A DNA stretch of 64,000 nucleotides from Macrostomum lignano (Eukaryota): NCBI GenBank assembly GCA_002269645.1, contig NIVC01000355.1, positions 62,001-126,000 on the forward strand. Reading direction: 5' to 3'. Under the pieces are notes generated by a model. That model was not told the DNA's origin. It saw only the letters and a program-made list of their open reading frames with translations, and did not search any database. This document shows positions 45,201-58,100 of this stretch, piece after piece; the stretch's first letter is position 1, and the number at the start of each line of letters is the position of its first letter. A program made the translations under genes and the position numbers.

Positions 45201-47220
45201 AGATATGAGTCACTTCAGCACTGAACAGAAACTAACTTTGCCTTGCGTACAATTATAATACAAATACACATTGCATTGGGCTTGCTAAATATCTTTTTAT
45301 CTCTGCAGGTCCATCACTCCCGGCGCCTCTATCTGGCTCTGAGATCACTCAGTACTGCTTTATTAATGTGCTACATAATTAGATATCATGTACAAAATAT
45401 ATTTCTAGCTTTCTATTACCGACAAAGGCTGCTCAAGAATGCCACCATTTTTTGTTCTTTTTTAAAATGGCAATTTTCAAAAATGACAATTGACCAACTA
45501 TCTAATTAAAAATGGCATTTCGGGTTTCTAAAATGGCACTTGTCCCTACGAAATGGCACCTGTCCCTTCAAAATGACACCTGTCCCTTCAAAATGACACC
45601 TGTCCCTACAAAATGACACATGTCCCTACAAAATGACACATGTCCCTACAAAATGACACATGTCCCTACAAAATGACACATGTCCCTACAAAATGGCACT
45701 CATCCCTACAAAATGACACCTGTCCCTACAAAATGACACATGTCCCTACAAAATGACACCTGTCCCTACAAAATGACACATGTCCCTACGAAATGACACC
45801 TGTCCCTACAAAATGACACATGTCCCTACGAAATGGCACCTGTCCCTTCAAAATGACACCTGTCCCTTCAAAATGACACATGTCCCTACAAAATGACACA
45901 TGTCCCTACAAAATGACACATGTCCCTACAAAATGACACATGTCCCTACAAAATGACACATGTCCCTACAAAATGGCACTCATCCCTACAAAATGACACC
46001 TGTCCCTACAAAATGACACATGTCCCTACAAAATGACACCTGTCCCTACAAAATGACACATGTCCCTACGAAATGACACCTGTCCCTACAAAATGACACC
46101 TGTCCCTACAAAATGACACCTGTCCCTTCAAAATGACACCTGTCCCTACAAAATGACACCTGTCCCTTCAAAATGACACCTGTCCCTTCAAAATGACACC
46201 TGTCCCTTCAAAATGACACCTGTCCCTAAAAAATGACACCCATCCCGACCCTACAAAATCACACTCTATCTTCAAAATTGACACTTTTCTCCTCAGAATG
46301 GCATTAGTCTCGTATCTTTTAAAGATGGCATTCGTTTCTTCAACATGACAAGTTCCATTTCTCTAAGTTCTCTCACCGTTCTTTGCTCAGTTCTGCCGCC
46401 GCCGCCGCCACCACCGCCGCCATTTTCGACCACTGCGCTTCCCTCGCCGCCGCCGCTGCCGTTGCCGCAGGCTTTGAGTCTCGCGACATCTCCTTGCGCG
46501 GCGCCCAGCAACAGCGGGCTGTTGTTGGCAGCGACTCCAGCCGCCGCTTGCGCCGGAGGCGGGGCCGCCCAGCTCCAGCCCTCGTCCAGCACGTAGGGAT
46601 CCTCCTGGAACCGTTTTCTCAGGCCGGCCATCATTGAGATTGCGCTGGAAGTGGAACGAAAAGGCGGCATTGTCAGATCGCTAGATTGGGTGGGTAAACA
46701 GCTGAAGTAACTATACCTGTACTTCTATGGGCAGATAGCTCGTTATCTAATAAGTACTCTTGCTACTCGAGCTTCTAGGGCTTTTTTAAATTGCAAATAT
46801 TCTTAACTAAATGGCACCCCTGTTTTCTACAAAATGGCACCCAGACACAAAGGTCTTCGATAAAAAATGGCCACTTTTCAAACAGAAAAGTGGCACCCAA
46901 CATTAAAAATGGCATTCCTTCGCGTCAAAGTCCCGCACTCACGAGTCCCGCCTCCCCTGCCCGCCGGCGCCGCCCGCCGCTTTCGTCGAGGTCCTCCTGG
47001 CCTGCACGCCGTTAGCGGTCACGTGACCTGCCGCCGACGGCTCCTCAATGCCGTCGGCCGAAGACGCCGCTGACGAACCCGACGATCGCCCAGCTTGGAA
47101 GCAGCTCAGCGGGCGGAGCACCCGGCGAACTCGCTGCGCCCGAGACATTTTGCCGTTGCCGCCGCTGCCGCCACCTTCGCGGCCTCCGTTTGCATCGAAA
47201 TTTCTCGCTCTACTAAGCAT
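36289..47220 (-). CDS. Gene C: PDZ-DH-PH Rho GEF-like protein (~725 aa)
   Basis: Exons 47220-46943, 46680-46377, 43255-43062, 40001-39512, 37200-36289; GT-AG with phases 2,0,2,0. PDZ: [39 protein letters not shown]...|RSGSRLELRIQR. DH-like: QIFNREEAFAAEM...ALFHRFDQLIDTTKQIL...CLGRVF...SLIKPLRHL. PH-like: VVFSGELVW...GVLLTDRLCL...LLEAPNSQLKTLWRGFL. Confidence 0.8.
37410..37860. mobile_element. ~450-bp element with 31/32-bp terminal inverted repeats (MITE-like), in intron 4 of gene C
   Basis: CCGTTCCTGCCGACATGGTCAGCAGGGCTGA (37410-37440) versus reverse complement of 37829-37860, CCGTTCCTACCGAGCATGGTCAGCAGGGCTGA (1 mismatch, 1 indel). Only a 2-bp CT flanks both ends. Confidence 0.6.
38040..39350. 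repeat. 32/38-bp minisatellite GTGACACTTTGAACTGGGACGCATCCGTGTCA
   Basis: Gene C intron 4; the 38-bp variants carry an extra GACAGT. Confidence 0.95.
40220..42920. repeat. Three arrays in gene C intron 3: GA-rich (40220-40500), GGGGTCACTTAAGGGCCG-type (41090-41760), GA-rich (42545-42920)
   Basis: Direct reading. Confidence 0.85.
43430..46250. repeat. Three arrays in gene C intron 2: 27-bp GTAGATACTGACATCCCTGTGTCAGCTAGGCAT-type (43430-44070), 16-bp TATGAAATTTAGGTCC (44640-45050), 20-bp AAAATGACACCTGTCCCTAC (45500-46250)
   Basis: Direct reading. Confidence 0.9.
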
Positions 47221-47557
47221 GTGAAAGAGCCACTTAATTCGATTGCAATTTCAGTATAGCGTAGCTCCAATCTCTGGTTTACGGGGGGTTGGGTTTATAA
47301 TAAAAACAGGACCTGGCCGCTTGCCCCCGTCTGGTCTGTCTCGCAGCCCCATTGGCTGGCTCAGTGACGCACCGTACAAAGAATTAATCTGCACCTTCCC
47401 CCTTCTATTCCTTACCCCCTCACAATTTCCTGGGTACAAGCCCCCCTGTTCCCTACTGCATGTATGCGGGGGGAAACAAAGATCCCCACGGAAATACTGG
47501 GTTATGTGGGGTTTCTGGAGGGAGAAGGCAGGAGAGGAGAGGAGGGTAGCAACTGCC

Positions 47558-47565
47558 TGACGTCA
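47558..47565. promoter_or_regulatory. Perfect CRE palindrome upstream of gene C
   Basis: TGACGTCA ~340 bp upstream of the gene C ATG; single site, function unproven. Confidence 0.25.
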
Positions 47566-47989
47566 TTCTGGGACTGCGAACTGGGTTTGCAGCTGGTTGG
47601 TACAGTCAGCCACAGAAGTGTACAGTCGAAGCCTTTCCAACATTTACACATTATTATATTTGAAACATCGGCTTATCTACCATTAGTCTTTCATTCGATA
47701 TCTGCGAATCTATGAACTACAAGCAGTCCAGCAGTTCAGTGGAAAAGCTCTCATATAAACAGCAGCGCTAGAAGGCTGAGGGTTGGTTGGTCGGCTTTAA
47801 AAATTCATGTTGATGCGCGGAAGACGAAGCCGCAAGGATGAATCATTTCTGCATAAACGGTGGCTGGTGGGTGGCTGGATTTGATGCTTTGAACTGGCCT
47901 CCTGCTGCTGCGGGCTTCACAATTTGTGCTGCTGGTAGCCACAGTTTTAAATAAATTTTAGTGCACCTTGCCGCTCATGACTGGGCAGT

Positions 47990-48500
47990 GTTGATGCAGG
48001 AGTAGCTGGCGGCGTATTCTCCATACCCTCCCGGCCATCTCCACACCCTCCGGCCTGCCCTCCCACACCCTCTCTGCCCTCTCCATGACCATACCCTCCC
48101 GGCCCTCTCCACACCCTCCGGCCTGCCCTCCCACACCCTCTCTGCCCTCTCCATACCCTCCCGGCCCTCTCCACACCCTCCGGCCTGCCCTCCCACACCC
48201 TCTCTGCCCTCTCCATACCCTCCCGGCCCTCTCCACACCCTCCCTGCCCTCCCAACCCTCTCTGCCCTCTCCATACCCTCCGGCCTGCCCTCCCACACCC
48301 TCTCTGCCCTCTCCATACCCTCCCGGCCCTCTCCACACCCTCAGGCCTGCCATCCCACACCCTCTCTGCTCTCTCCACACCCTCACTGCCCTCTCCACAC
48401 CCTCCCTGCTCTCTCCACACCCTCCCTGCTCTCTCCACACCCTCCCTGCCCTCTCCACACCCTCCCTGCCCTCTCCACACCCTCTCTGCCATCTCCACAC
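47990..48500. repeat. C-rich minisatellite CCCTCTCCACACCCTC...
   Basis: Intergenic, between genes D and C. Confidence 0.85.
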
Positions 48501-48927
48501 CCTTTCTGTACCTTTTATCTTGCAAAAAATCACACTATTTAAATTTAAATATCGAATTCAACAGAAACGAGTCAAAGTCAAAGTACATGTATCTAGATAT
48601 AGTTACGAGTTTAGCTAAGTAGTTATGTAATATATTTGCTACACAAATTACGATTAAATTAACTACAGACAATCTCTTAAAGTGATTTGTAAGTTGAAAA
48701 TTTGCTTAAGTGAAATAATTAGCAAATAATTTTGTCAGGTAAAAAAGCTGAACTAGGGATCAACCTGGACTGAATGAGCTGAGCTATATATTTCAGATAT
48801 TAATAAACTAACAGAAAACTAAAGTCACCAGTAATTTTTAGGGCGAAGCGAAAAATTATACTGCTTAATTTTGAACGAAATTCTAGAGAGTCAATAATAA
48901 AATTGAAGTCATTAAAATGATTTTCCT

Positions 48928-51126
48928 TCACAGCTTCAAGGCGTCCAGCTGCTTTTGCACCTGACCGAATACTTCGTCCACGGAGCCGGAGGCGTCCACC
49001 TGAGGAGTTTTCGGTTGGGTCTTGGATGTTGTGCTCTGAATAACCATAGAGCCGTGTGCTTCACTTGCACTTATCTTCCCAGTCACTCCCATCCGTCCCT
49101 GTCACTCTCCCCTATCTGTCTGTCACTCCCTCCCATCCGTCCCTGTCACTCTCCCCTATCTGTCTGTCACTCCCTCCCATCCGTCTCTGTCACTCTCCCC
49201 TATCTGTCTGTCACTCCCTCACATCCGTCTCTGTCACTCCCTCCCATCCGCCTCTGTCACTCCCGCCCATCCGTCTCTGCCACTCCCTCCCAGCCGTCCC
49301 TGTCACTCTCCCCTATCTGTCTGTCACTCCCTCACATCTGTCTCTGTCACTCTCTTTCCATCTGTCTCTGTCACTCTCCCCTATCTGTCTGTCACTCCCT
49401 CATATCCGTCTCTGTTACTCTCCCCTATCTGTCTCTGTCACTCCCTCCTATCTGTCTCTGTCACTCTCCCCTATCTGTCTGTCACTCCCTCACATCTGTC
49501 TCTGTCACTCACTTTCCATCTGTCTCTGTCACTCTCCCCTATCTGTCTGTCACTCCCTCACATCCGTCTCTGTTACTCTCCCCTATCTGTCTCTGTCACT
49601 CCCTCCTATCTGTCTCTGTCACTCTCCCCTGCCTGTCACTCCCTCTGATCTGTCTATCACTTTACCTATCTGTCTGTCACTCTCTCCCCTGTCTCTGTCA
49701 CTCTGTCCCTCACTCCATCTCTTCCTTCATCTCTCCGTCACTCTCTGCAAACTAAAAGCCGCTAAGCGCATTACAGACTGACCTGAATGACCTTGCCCTG
49801 ACCCTTGTAGTGCTCAATCACGGGCTTAGTGAGCTGTTGAAAAGTTTGAAATCGTTTCCTAATGGTGGCCTCGTTGTCGTCAACGCGGCCGCTGGTTTCT
49901 CCGCGTTTCAACAGCCGCTGCTGCATCACCTCCTCGGAGACGTCGAAGAACAGCACAGCTTTGCAGGGCACCAGCTCCGACTCGAAGCGGACGCCCTGCG
50001 CGGGTGGGATTGAGCAGCGAGTGAAAGCAGGATGAGCAGAGGAGCGGATGGAGGGAGCATCGGGAGCGGATGAAGGGAGGATAGGGAGCGGATGAAGGGA
50101 ACATCGAGAGCGGATGAAGGGAGGATCGGGAGCGGATGAAGGAGAGGATGAGGGGAAGGTAGGGAGCGGATGCAGGGAGGAGAATAGGGAGCGGATGCAG
50201 GGAGGATGAGGGGAAAATGAAGCAGGATAGGGAGAGACGCGCACCTGTTCCAGCTCCCGCGGATAGCCGTCAATAAGGAAGCCCTTGGCTCCGGCAGCGC
50301 CCCTGGCCAGCATGGCATCCCGGATCAGTTCGAGCACAATGTCCAGCGAGACCAGCTCGCCGCTCTCCATGATGGCTTTGAGCCGGTTGCCGCGCTCGGA
50401 GCCAGAGGCCACTTCGGCGCGGAGGAGGTCGCCGGAGGACAGGTGGGCTAGGCCGTACTTGGCGACTATTCGCTCGCACTGGGTGCCCTTGCCGCTGCCG
50501 GGACCGCCTGAGGGAGGCGGCGGGTCTGCAGCTTTGACATTCTGCCCTTGGGGCGCTCAGGGACTTCGGAGTCTCGACTCAGGGACTTCGGAGTCTCGGC
50601 TCAAGGACTTCGGAGTCTCGGCTCAGGACTTCGGAGTCTCGGCTCAAGGACTTCGGAGTCTCGGCTCAGGGACTTCGGAGTCTTGTCTCAAGGACCCTAG
50701 AGTCCGGACACATGGGCTTTTGAGTCTCGACTCAAGGACTTCAGTGAGTGGACTCAGGGACTTCGGAGTCTGGACACAGCGATGGCGGAGGTCTAGACAC
50801 AGTGGAAGATAATGATTAAAGGAAGGAGATGAAACAAGAAACACTGTACAGTACTGTCAGTAGCAAGCGAAGGATCATTTCTGCAGAGGAACTAAGAGGG
50901 AACTACACGCGACAACTGCAATGTTGGCGGCATGTTAAAAATACGAGGGACAATACGTGAGGAAAAAATTCGAAATAGGCTCACCCAGCACAAAGATCAC
51001 CTTAGCGTCCTTGAGTTGATCAACTGGAATCAAACGTGTACGGGAGAGTTACATTTAAGCCATTGACGCTCACTGCAGTAGCCTTAATTATTAACCTGCT
51101 AATGCCAATAACTCACCTGGAGCCAT
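48928..51126 (-). CDS. AK1: Gene D: adenylate kinase, AK1-like (short cytosolic type)
   Basis: Exons 51126-51117, 51023-50985, 50507-50245, 49995-49783, 48999-48928 splice to [49 protein letters not shown]...[13 protein letters not shown]...[22 protein letters not shown]...[11 protein letters not shown]...LKL*. P-loop [11 protein letters not shown] signature FLIDGYPR and short LID are present. Confidence 0.95.
49075..50780. repeat. Arrays in adenylate kinase introns: TGTCACTCTCCCCTATCTGTC (49075-49745), GGGAGCGGATGAAGGGAGGAT (50010-50240), GGACTTCGGAGTCTCGGCTCA (50545-50780)
   Basis: One distinct array in each of introns 4, 3 and 2. Confidence 0.88.
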
Positions 51127-51454
51127 GACTTAACAACGAATCCGATAATGGCAATTATTAAGCTGAGTTTCAACGATTGTAAACGCGGCGGCAGATGGGG
51201 GACCGGACGATCTGAGTTTCGCCCCACTCCGGGTATTCCCTTATCATTTTAAAGGGAAGGAATGGACCGGGGGGAGAGAGAACTCTGGAAAAGGGGCGGC
51301 GGAGGCGGCTTGGAAGCGGCGGGGGGACCAGCAGGGGAAGGAAAACAAGGGGAGAGGTGGTGAGGAAAACTTCCCTACCCCCTAGTTATAACCGTCGCCT
51401 TCTAAGCCACGGATGCCTAAAGCTAGGTATCTGGACTGGGACAGTCGATTCCCA

Positions 51455-54110
51455 CTATCCCAATTTCTAAGAAACTGCGGATCGACAATCGACGTTTCTT
51501 AGAATAGATGCATGTATTTCTTAGAATTAGGCAATCAACAATCGAGCTTTCTAAAAATCTGGTTTCTTAGACTCAAAGATTTCTTAGAATCGGCGAATCG
51601 ACTATCGAGATTTCTTAGAATCGGCGAATCGACTGTCGAAATTTCTTAGAATCAGCGAATCGACTATCGAGATTTCTTAGAATCAGCGAATCGACTATCG
51701 AGATTTTTTTGAATCAGCGAATCGACTATCGAGATTTCTTAGAATCAGCGAATCGACTATCGAGATTTCTTAGAATCAGCGAATCGACTATCGAGATTTC
51801 TTAGAATCAGCGAATGGACTATCGATATTTCTTAGAATCAGTGAATGGACTATCGATATCTCTTAGAATCTGCGAATCGACTATCGTGATTTCTTAGAAT
51901 CGGCGAATCGACTATCGAGATTTCTAAGAATCGCCAAACCGACGTCGAGATTTCTAAGAATCAGCGAATGAAGTTACTTTGCAAAGCTAGCTTTAAAAAG
52001 AGTGAATTTTCTACTGTCGACACTTTCCTACCGTGCAACAAATTATTTACCAGCGAATTGAAATTCAAGCTCCGCGAGAGCTCCGTCGCCAACTCCAGAT
52101 TCTAGATGTCTAGAGCTCTCTGCCTGCCCAGATCCCTCAGCCGCACGCCGCGCAGGAGGTAGGGCATGGGGAGATTCTTCCCCAACAGATAACACCGCAC
52201 AGCAGTGTACAGTACGCCAGTCAAAGCCCCCTACTGCTGTAAAATCCTTAATTTCGCGTGTTCGCATTGGGCAGTATGGAGCGAGCTGCTGGGTCAGTCT
52301 TGAATGTCACAGCCGAAGTTCTTTGACTAGCTGCTAGCTGTGTTTCTGTGCAGTAGGGAAGCAAGCTGATGCATTCTTCGTTCGCGCGCAAAAGTTCGGA
52401 GAGGAAAAAAATAGCCGAGCGAACTTTGCAATTGCAAACTTCTTGGGGGTGAAAGGAAACTGATAGCGTATAGACTGCCTGGAGTCGGTGAGGGGTGGGA
52501 GAGGAGAGGGTTGGAGAGGAGAGGGTTGGAGAAGAGAGGGAGGGTTAAGAGAGGGTGAGATAAGAGAGGGTAAGATAGGAGAGGGTGAGATAGGAGAGGG
52601 TAAGATAGGAGAGGGTGAGATAGGAGAGGGTGAGATAGGAGAGGGTAAGATAGGAGGGGGTGAGATAGGAGAGGGTAAGATAGGAGAGGGTGAGATAGGA
52701 GAGGGTAAGATAGGAGAGGGTGAGATAGGAGAGGGTGAGATAGGAGAGGGAGATAGGAGAGGGTGAGATTGGAGACGATGAGATTGGAGGGTAAGATAGG
52801 AAAGGGTGAGAGTGGAGAATGTAAGATTAGAGAGGATAAGATAGAAGATGGTAAGAGAAGATAGGAGGGTGAGATAGGAGGGGAAGAGAGGGACAGAATT
52901 ATAAATATATAGTATTAAATAATGATCAAAAGCCTTGAAAATAAGAAGTTTTTTAAATGATGGTCTGTAAAAAGCAAGGAAGCCGCTAAGCTGACGGCAG
53001 CTGCTTATATTTCAGGCAGAACCAGCACCCAAAAAATAGGTTCGATCAATGTCTGCAAGGTAAATAAACGAAAAAAACAACAAGTTTATTAGGCGCAAAA
53101 ACAGTGGGATCCTCGCAAAACCAACAATTACTAATATAATGACGTAACATAATAACAGGTTTGTAATAAATACAGGAGACTACTGGTAGTGCATGAAATT
53201 GTTTATGAAGGGCCGGTTTGTCAAAAAGACTGAAAATAATTATGGAGCTTACAATATTCAGCCATCCTCCTGCGACAGGATTTTAGCTACCGACATTCTA
53301 AGAATTGGTTACCGAATTTCTAAGAATGGGCTACCGACATTCTAAGAATTGGTTAGTGGTTACCGACATTTATAAGAATGGGCTAAACACATTCTAAGAA
53401 TAGGTTACCGACATTTCTGAGATTTGGCTACCGACATTTCTAAGAATAGGCTATCAAAATTCTAATAATGGGCTACCGAAATTCTAAGAATGGGCTACCG
53501 ATATTCTAAGAATGGGCTACCGATATTCTAAGAATGGGCTACCGATATTCTAAGAATTGGCTACCGATATTCTAAGAATTGGCTACCGATATTCTAAGAA
53601 TTGGCTACCGACATTCTAAGAATTGGCTACCGACATTCTAAGAATTGGCTACCGACATTCTAAGAATGGGATATCGACATTATAAGAACTGGCTACCGAC
53701 ATTTTAAGAATCCGCTATCGACATTCTAAGAATCTGCTAACAGACATTTTAAGAATCTGCTAACAGACATTCTAAGAATCTGCTAACAGACATTCTAAGA
53801 ATCTGCTAACAGAAATTCTAAGAATCTGCTAACAGACATTCTAAGAATCTGCTAACAGAAATTCTAAGAATCTGCTAACAGACATTCTAAGAATCTGCTA
53901 ACAGACATTCTAAGAATCTGCTAACAGAAATTCTAAGAATCTGCTAACAGACATTCTAAGAATCTGCTAACAGAAATTCTAAGAATCTGCTAACAGACAT
54001 TCTAAGAATCTGCTAACAGAAATTCTAAGAATCTGCTAACAGACATTCTAAGAATCTGCTAACAGAAATTCTAAGAATCGACTTTACGCATTCTAAGAAC
54101 TGGCCAATCA
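51455..54110. repeat. Intergenic arrays: TTTCTTAGAATCAGCGAATCGACTATCGAGA (51455-51965), GGAGAGGGTGAGATA (52490-52890), ATTCTAAGAATCTGCTAACAGAC / ATTCTAAGAATTGGCTACCGAC (53280-54110)
   Basis: Direct reading. Confidence 0.9.
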
Positions 54111-55116
54111 ACTATATCGACATACTTACAACTCCAAATGCCGTTTTGCAAATAAAAATGAAAATGATCAACCGACATCAGTCTCGGGAGGATTTGGCTG
54201 CTGTAAAACCACAAGCAAAACAGCATGGAAACCCAGCTGAAAAAGCAACAACATACAGCAACAGAACTCGCCAGCTACCAGTAACAGCACGAATGCATAA
54301 ATAATATTGTTTTTGTTAAAATTGAACATAAAAATAGAGTGGAGAGAAGCTTTCAGCGGTGTGGAAGACGCCGGACAAAATAAATGAAAATAAAAAAACA
54401 GCCTCGGGAATGTTTTAACGGATAGAGGAAAGGAAATATAAATAAATAAATAAATGAATGAATAAATATTAGTATAGACAAATAAACAAATATACACATT
54501 GTTCATTCTGAAATCAGAAGACGGTTAGAGATCAAATTCGAATTCGAATATTAGGAAGTCAATAGTTTTTTGTGACAGTGGAATTATTGTTATTTGTTAT
54601 TTCATCGCCTTAATGTATATACATGTATGTATATAAAAATTCGAATGCTCAATGCAAAAACTACGTCGAACGCGTACTACTAACAGTAGTTTACAATAAT
54701 AAGTTTAAAATAATTTTTTTAATTACACAAGCACGTGATTTGGGTAATTGATATTGTTAAAAAACTTGGGAAAACTTGTAAAGTTAAAGTGACTCGCGCT
54801 AAATTTGATCAACAAATTAAAATGAGCAAATCGCTTCAACACTTGCCTGTGCTAGCGAATGTAGATTGTTGAAACCTGTGCAGCACCAGCATCTGCTTGC
54901 CATTGAGCAAAAAGTACAAAAAGCAAAGCTGTGCAGTCGAAAAATCCCGAATCTCTGATCCCAGATTCCCGGACAATGATCCCGAATCTCTGATCCCAGA
55001 TTCCCGCACAATGATCCCGAATCTCAATCCAGAAAAGAGCCCAAAACACGAACATATAGTAATCCCAATTTACAAGAAAAATCCCAGCCTATCCGAAGCC
55101 ACAGCCGAGCCGCCAA

Positions 55117-58100
55117 TCACAGCAGGCGCAGAATCGTGTAGGGCACGTGACCAACCTCGCCAATGTAGTTGCGCAGCTGCCACCAGTTGCGCGAATCGTC
55201 CAGCACTTCAAGCAGTTCGCCGCGCTGCACAGTCAGCTCCTTGGCGTTTCGGCCGGCTTTGTCGTGCAGCACCTGCACAACCCGGCGACCGCGGGACTCG
55301 GCCTCCGAACGGAGCCGCTCCTGACGCTCGTCCCAGCTGCTGGCGGCGCCGAAGCCGGCTCCGTTGAAGCTCCGCCGGGCTGCCTGACGGTGGCCAACAC
55401 CAAAGGAGGACTGCCGAGGCTGGGCGTAAATCGACGGCTGAGCCAGCTGAGGGCCTCTGGGTGCCACCTGAGCAACGGGACGCTGCGGCTGCGATGGCTG
55501 GACTTTGGGGCCGTTGTTTCCGCCGCGGCTGTAGGGGCTGTGCGGCTGGGCCATTGTCACCGGGTTGATCTGGGCAGGTTCGTTGTGGGGAAACATTGGC
55601 ACACTTTATGGGTAATTTTGAAGGTGAATTGTAAATTATCATAGATTGGAAATAGAGATGAGACACATCTATCAGACAGGCGGACATGAAACACGGACAT
55701 GAGACACGGAAATCAGAAGCGGACATGGAACACGGACATGAGACATGAAACACGGACATGAGACACGGAAATCAGAAGCGGACATGGAACACGGACATGA
55801 GACATGGACACGAGACAAGGATATGAGACACGGACATGAGACAGGCTCAGCTCATCACCTTGATGACAGGCTGCTGCCTGGGCGCGGCGCCGCCATTAAC
55901 CATCGGAGCGGCAGCCTGGGACTTGGACAGTCCCTGGCCGAGCAGCTCGGGTTCGAGCTCGGGCTGCCAGCCGTCCCGCTTGAACCGGGGCCGGTAGGGC
56001 GGCACGTCGCCAGCCTGCTGCTGATGCTCGTCGATCCAGCGCTGCCGGTGGCAGGTCCAGGCGTTGCCAAGGCTGTACCAGAGCTCGCACTCCTTGGATG
56101 TCAGGCAGTGCTTCAGCAGCGCCACGGCGGCCGGGGTGAGCAGAGGCGACAGCACCCGGGAGGGCAGGTCCGGCCCGATCGACTGCGGGGCGAGGGGGTG
56201 CGGCGGGATTCGATAATGACTGATATGCAAATATGGAATAGGTTTGTACTGTGGATACGCTGAACAGAGAGTTGCTAAGATAAACAGAGAAGAGATGGGG
56301 TGAGACAGGATGAGACAGGAAGAGAGACAAGACAAGACAATACCAGACAGGATGGTGGGAGACAAGACCACACAGGATGAGAGACAAGACAAGACCAGAC
56401 AGGATGGGAGACAAGACCAGACAGGATGTGGGACAAGACCAGGCAGTATGAGAGACAAGACCACACAGGATGGGAGACAAGACCAGACAGGATGTGAGAC
56501 AAGACCAGACAGGATGGGAGACAAGACCAGGCAGTAGGAGAGACAAGACCACACAGGATGGGAGACAAGACCAGACAGGATGGGAGACAAGACCAGACAG
56601 GATGTGAGACAAGACCACACAGGATGGGAGACAAGACCACACAGGATGGGAGACAAGACCAGACAAGGTAAGAGACAAGACCAGACAAGGTAAGAGACAA
56701 GACCAGACAGGATGAGAGACAAGACCAGACAGGGTAAGAGACAAGACCAGACAGGATGAGAGACAAGACCAGACAAGGTAAGAGACAAAACCAGACAGGA
56801 TGGGAGACAAGACCAGACAGGATGAGAGACAAGACCAGACAGGATGTGAGACAAGACCAGACAGGATGAGAGACAAGACCAGACAGGATGTGAGACAAGA
56901 CCAGACAGGATGAGAGACAAGACCAGACAGGATGAGAGACAAAACCAGACAAGGTGTGAGACAAGACCAGACAGGATGAGAGACAAGACCAGACAGGATG
57001 TGAGACAAGACCAGACAGGGTAAGAGACAAGACCAGACAGGATGAGAGACAAGACCAGACAGGATGAGAGACAAAACCAGACAAGGTGTGAGACAAGACC
57101 AGACAGGATGAGAGACAAGACCAGACAGGATGTGAGACAAGACCAGACAGGGTAAGAGACAAGACCAGACAGGATGAGAGACAAGACCAGACAGGATGAG
57201 AGACAAGACCAGACAGGATGTGAGACAAGACCAGACAGGGTGGGAGACAAGACCAGACAGGATGAGAGACAAGACCAGACAGGGTGAGAGACAAGACCAG
57301 ACAGGATGAGCCAGATATCACAGACACTGCAGCAGACAAGCCGCACCTGCACAATGAGAACCAGCGGAACGAACAGGCAGTGCACCAGCTCGGGGGCATT
57401 GGGCTGATGAATCCGGCCCTCCAGCCGGCCTAGCAGATTCAGAGCCAGTTTCAATTTTTTCAAAATGTCCACAAAATCCTCGGTGCTGGGCAGCGCCTGA
57501 TGGGGCGGCGAGTGCCGCTCTGAGCGGTGCGACCTCGGGGTGGCGGGATGCTGCGGTTGCGGCTGCTGCTGCTGAATGCGCAAGGAGAATGCCTCCACCT
57601 CTTCTAGGCATCGATTCAGGACCTTTAGACAGACCAAAAATAAGCATCTTTGTTATAGTGAACTGATTGTTCACCCGCACCGAAATCATAACCTACCCAG
57701 ACTAACATTATAACCTACCCAGAATAGCATTATAACCTACCCAGAATAGCACCATAACCTACCCAGACTACCATTATAACCTACCCAGACCACCATAACC
57801 TACCCAGACTGGCACCATAACCTACCCAGACTACCATAACCTACCCAGACTACCATAACCTACCCAGACTACCATAACCTACCCAGACTACAATTCCAAG
57901 CTACCCAGACGGCTTCCCTTCCTGTTGCTCACCTGCACCAACTGTGACGAATCAGCTGCCTCCCCGTTGGTGCCGCCGCCTCTACCGCCGCCGCCCAGGC
58001 CGCTGCCAAAGAACTGCTGAATGAGCTGGTGCATCTCCTGGGCAATCTGGCTGGCTTGCAGAGCTGATGGCAGCTGGAAGATGTGCATCTCCCAGGTGCC

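Noticed and set aside
55896-57399. Long Cys/Leu/Ser-rich ORFs overlapping EPS8
   Set aside because: Translations of the 20-bp intron array; true exons are delimited by GT-AG at 57347 and 56182.
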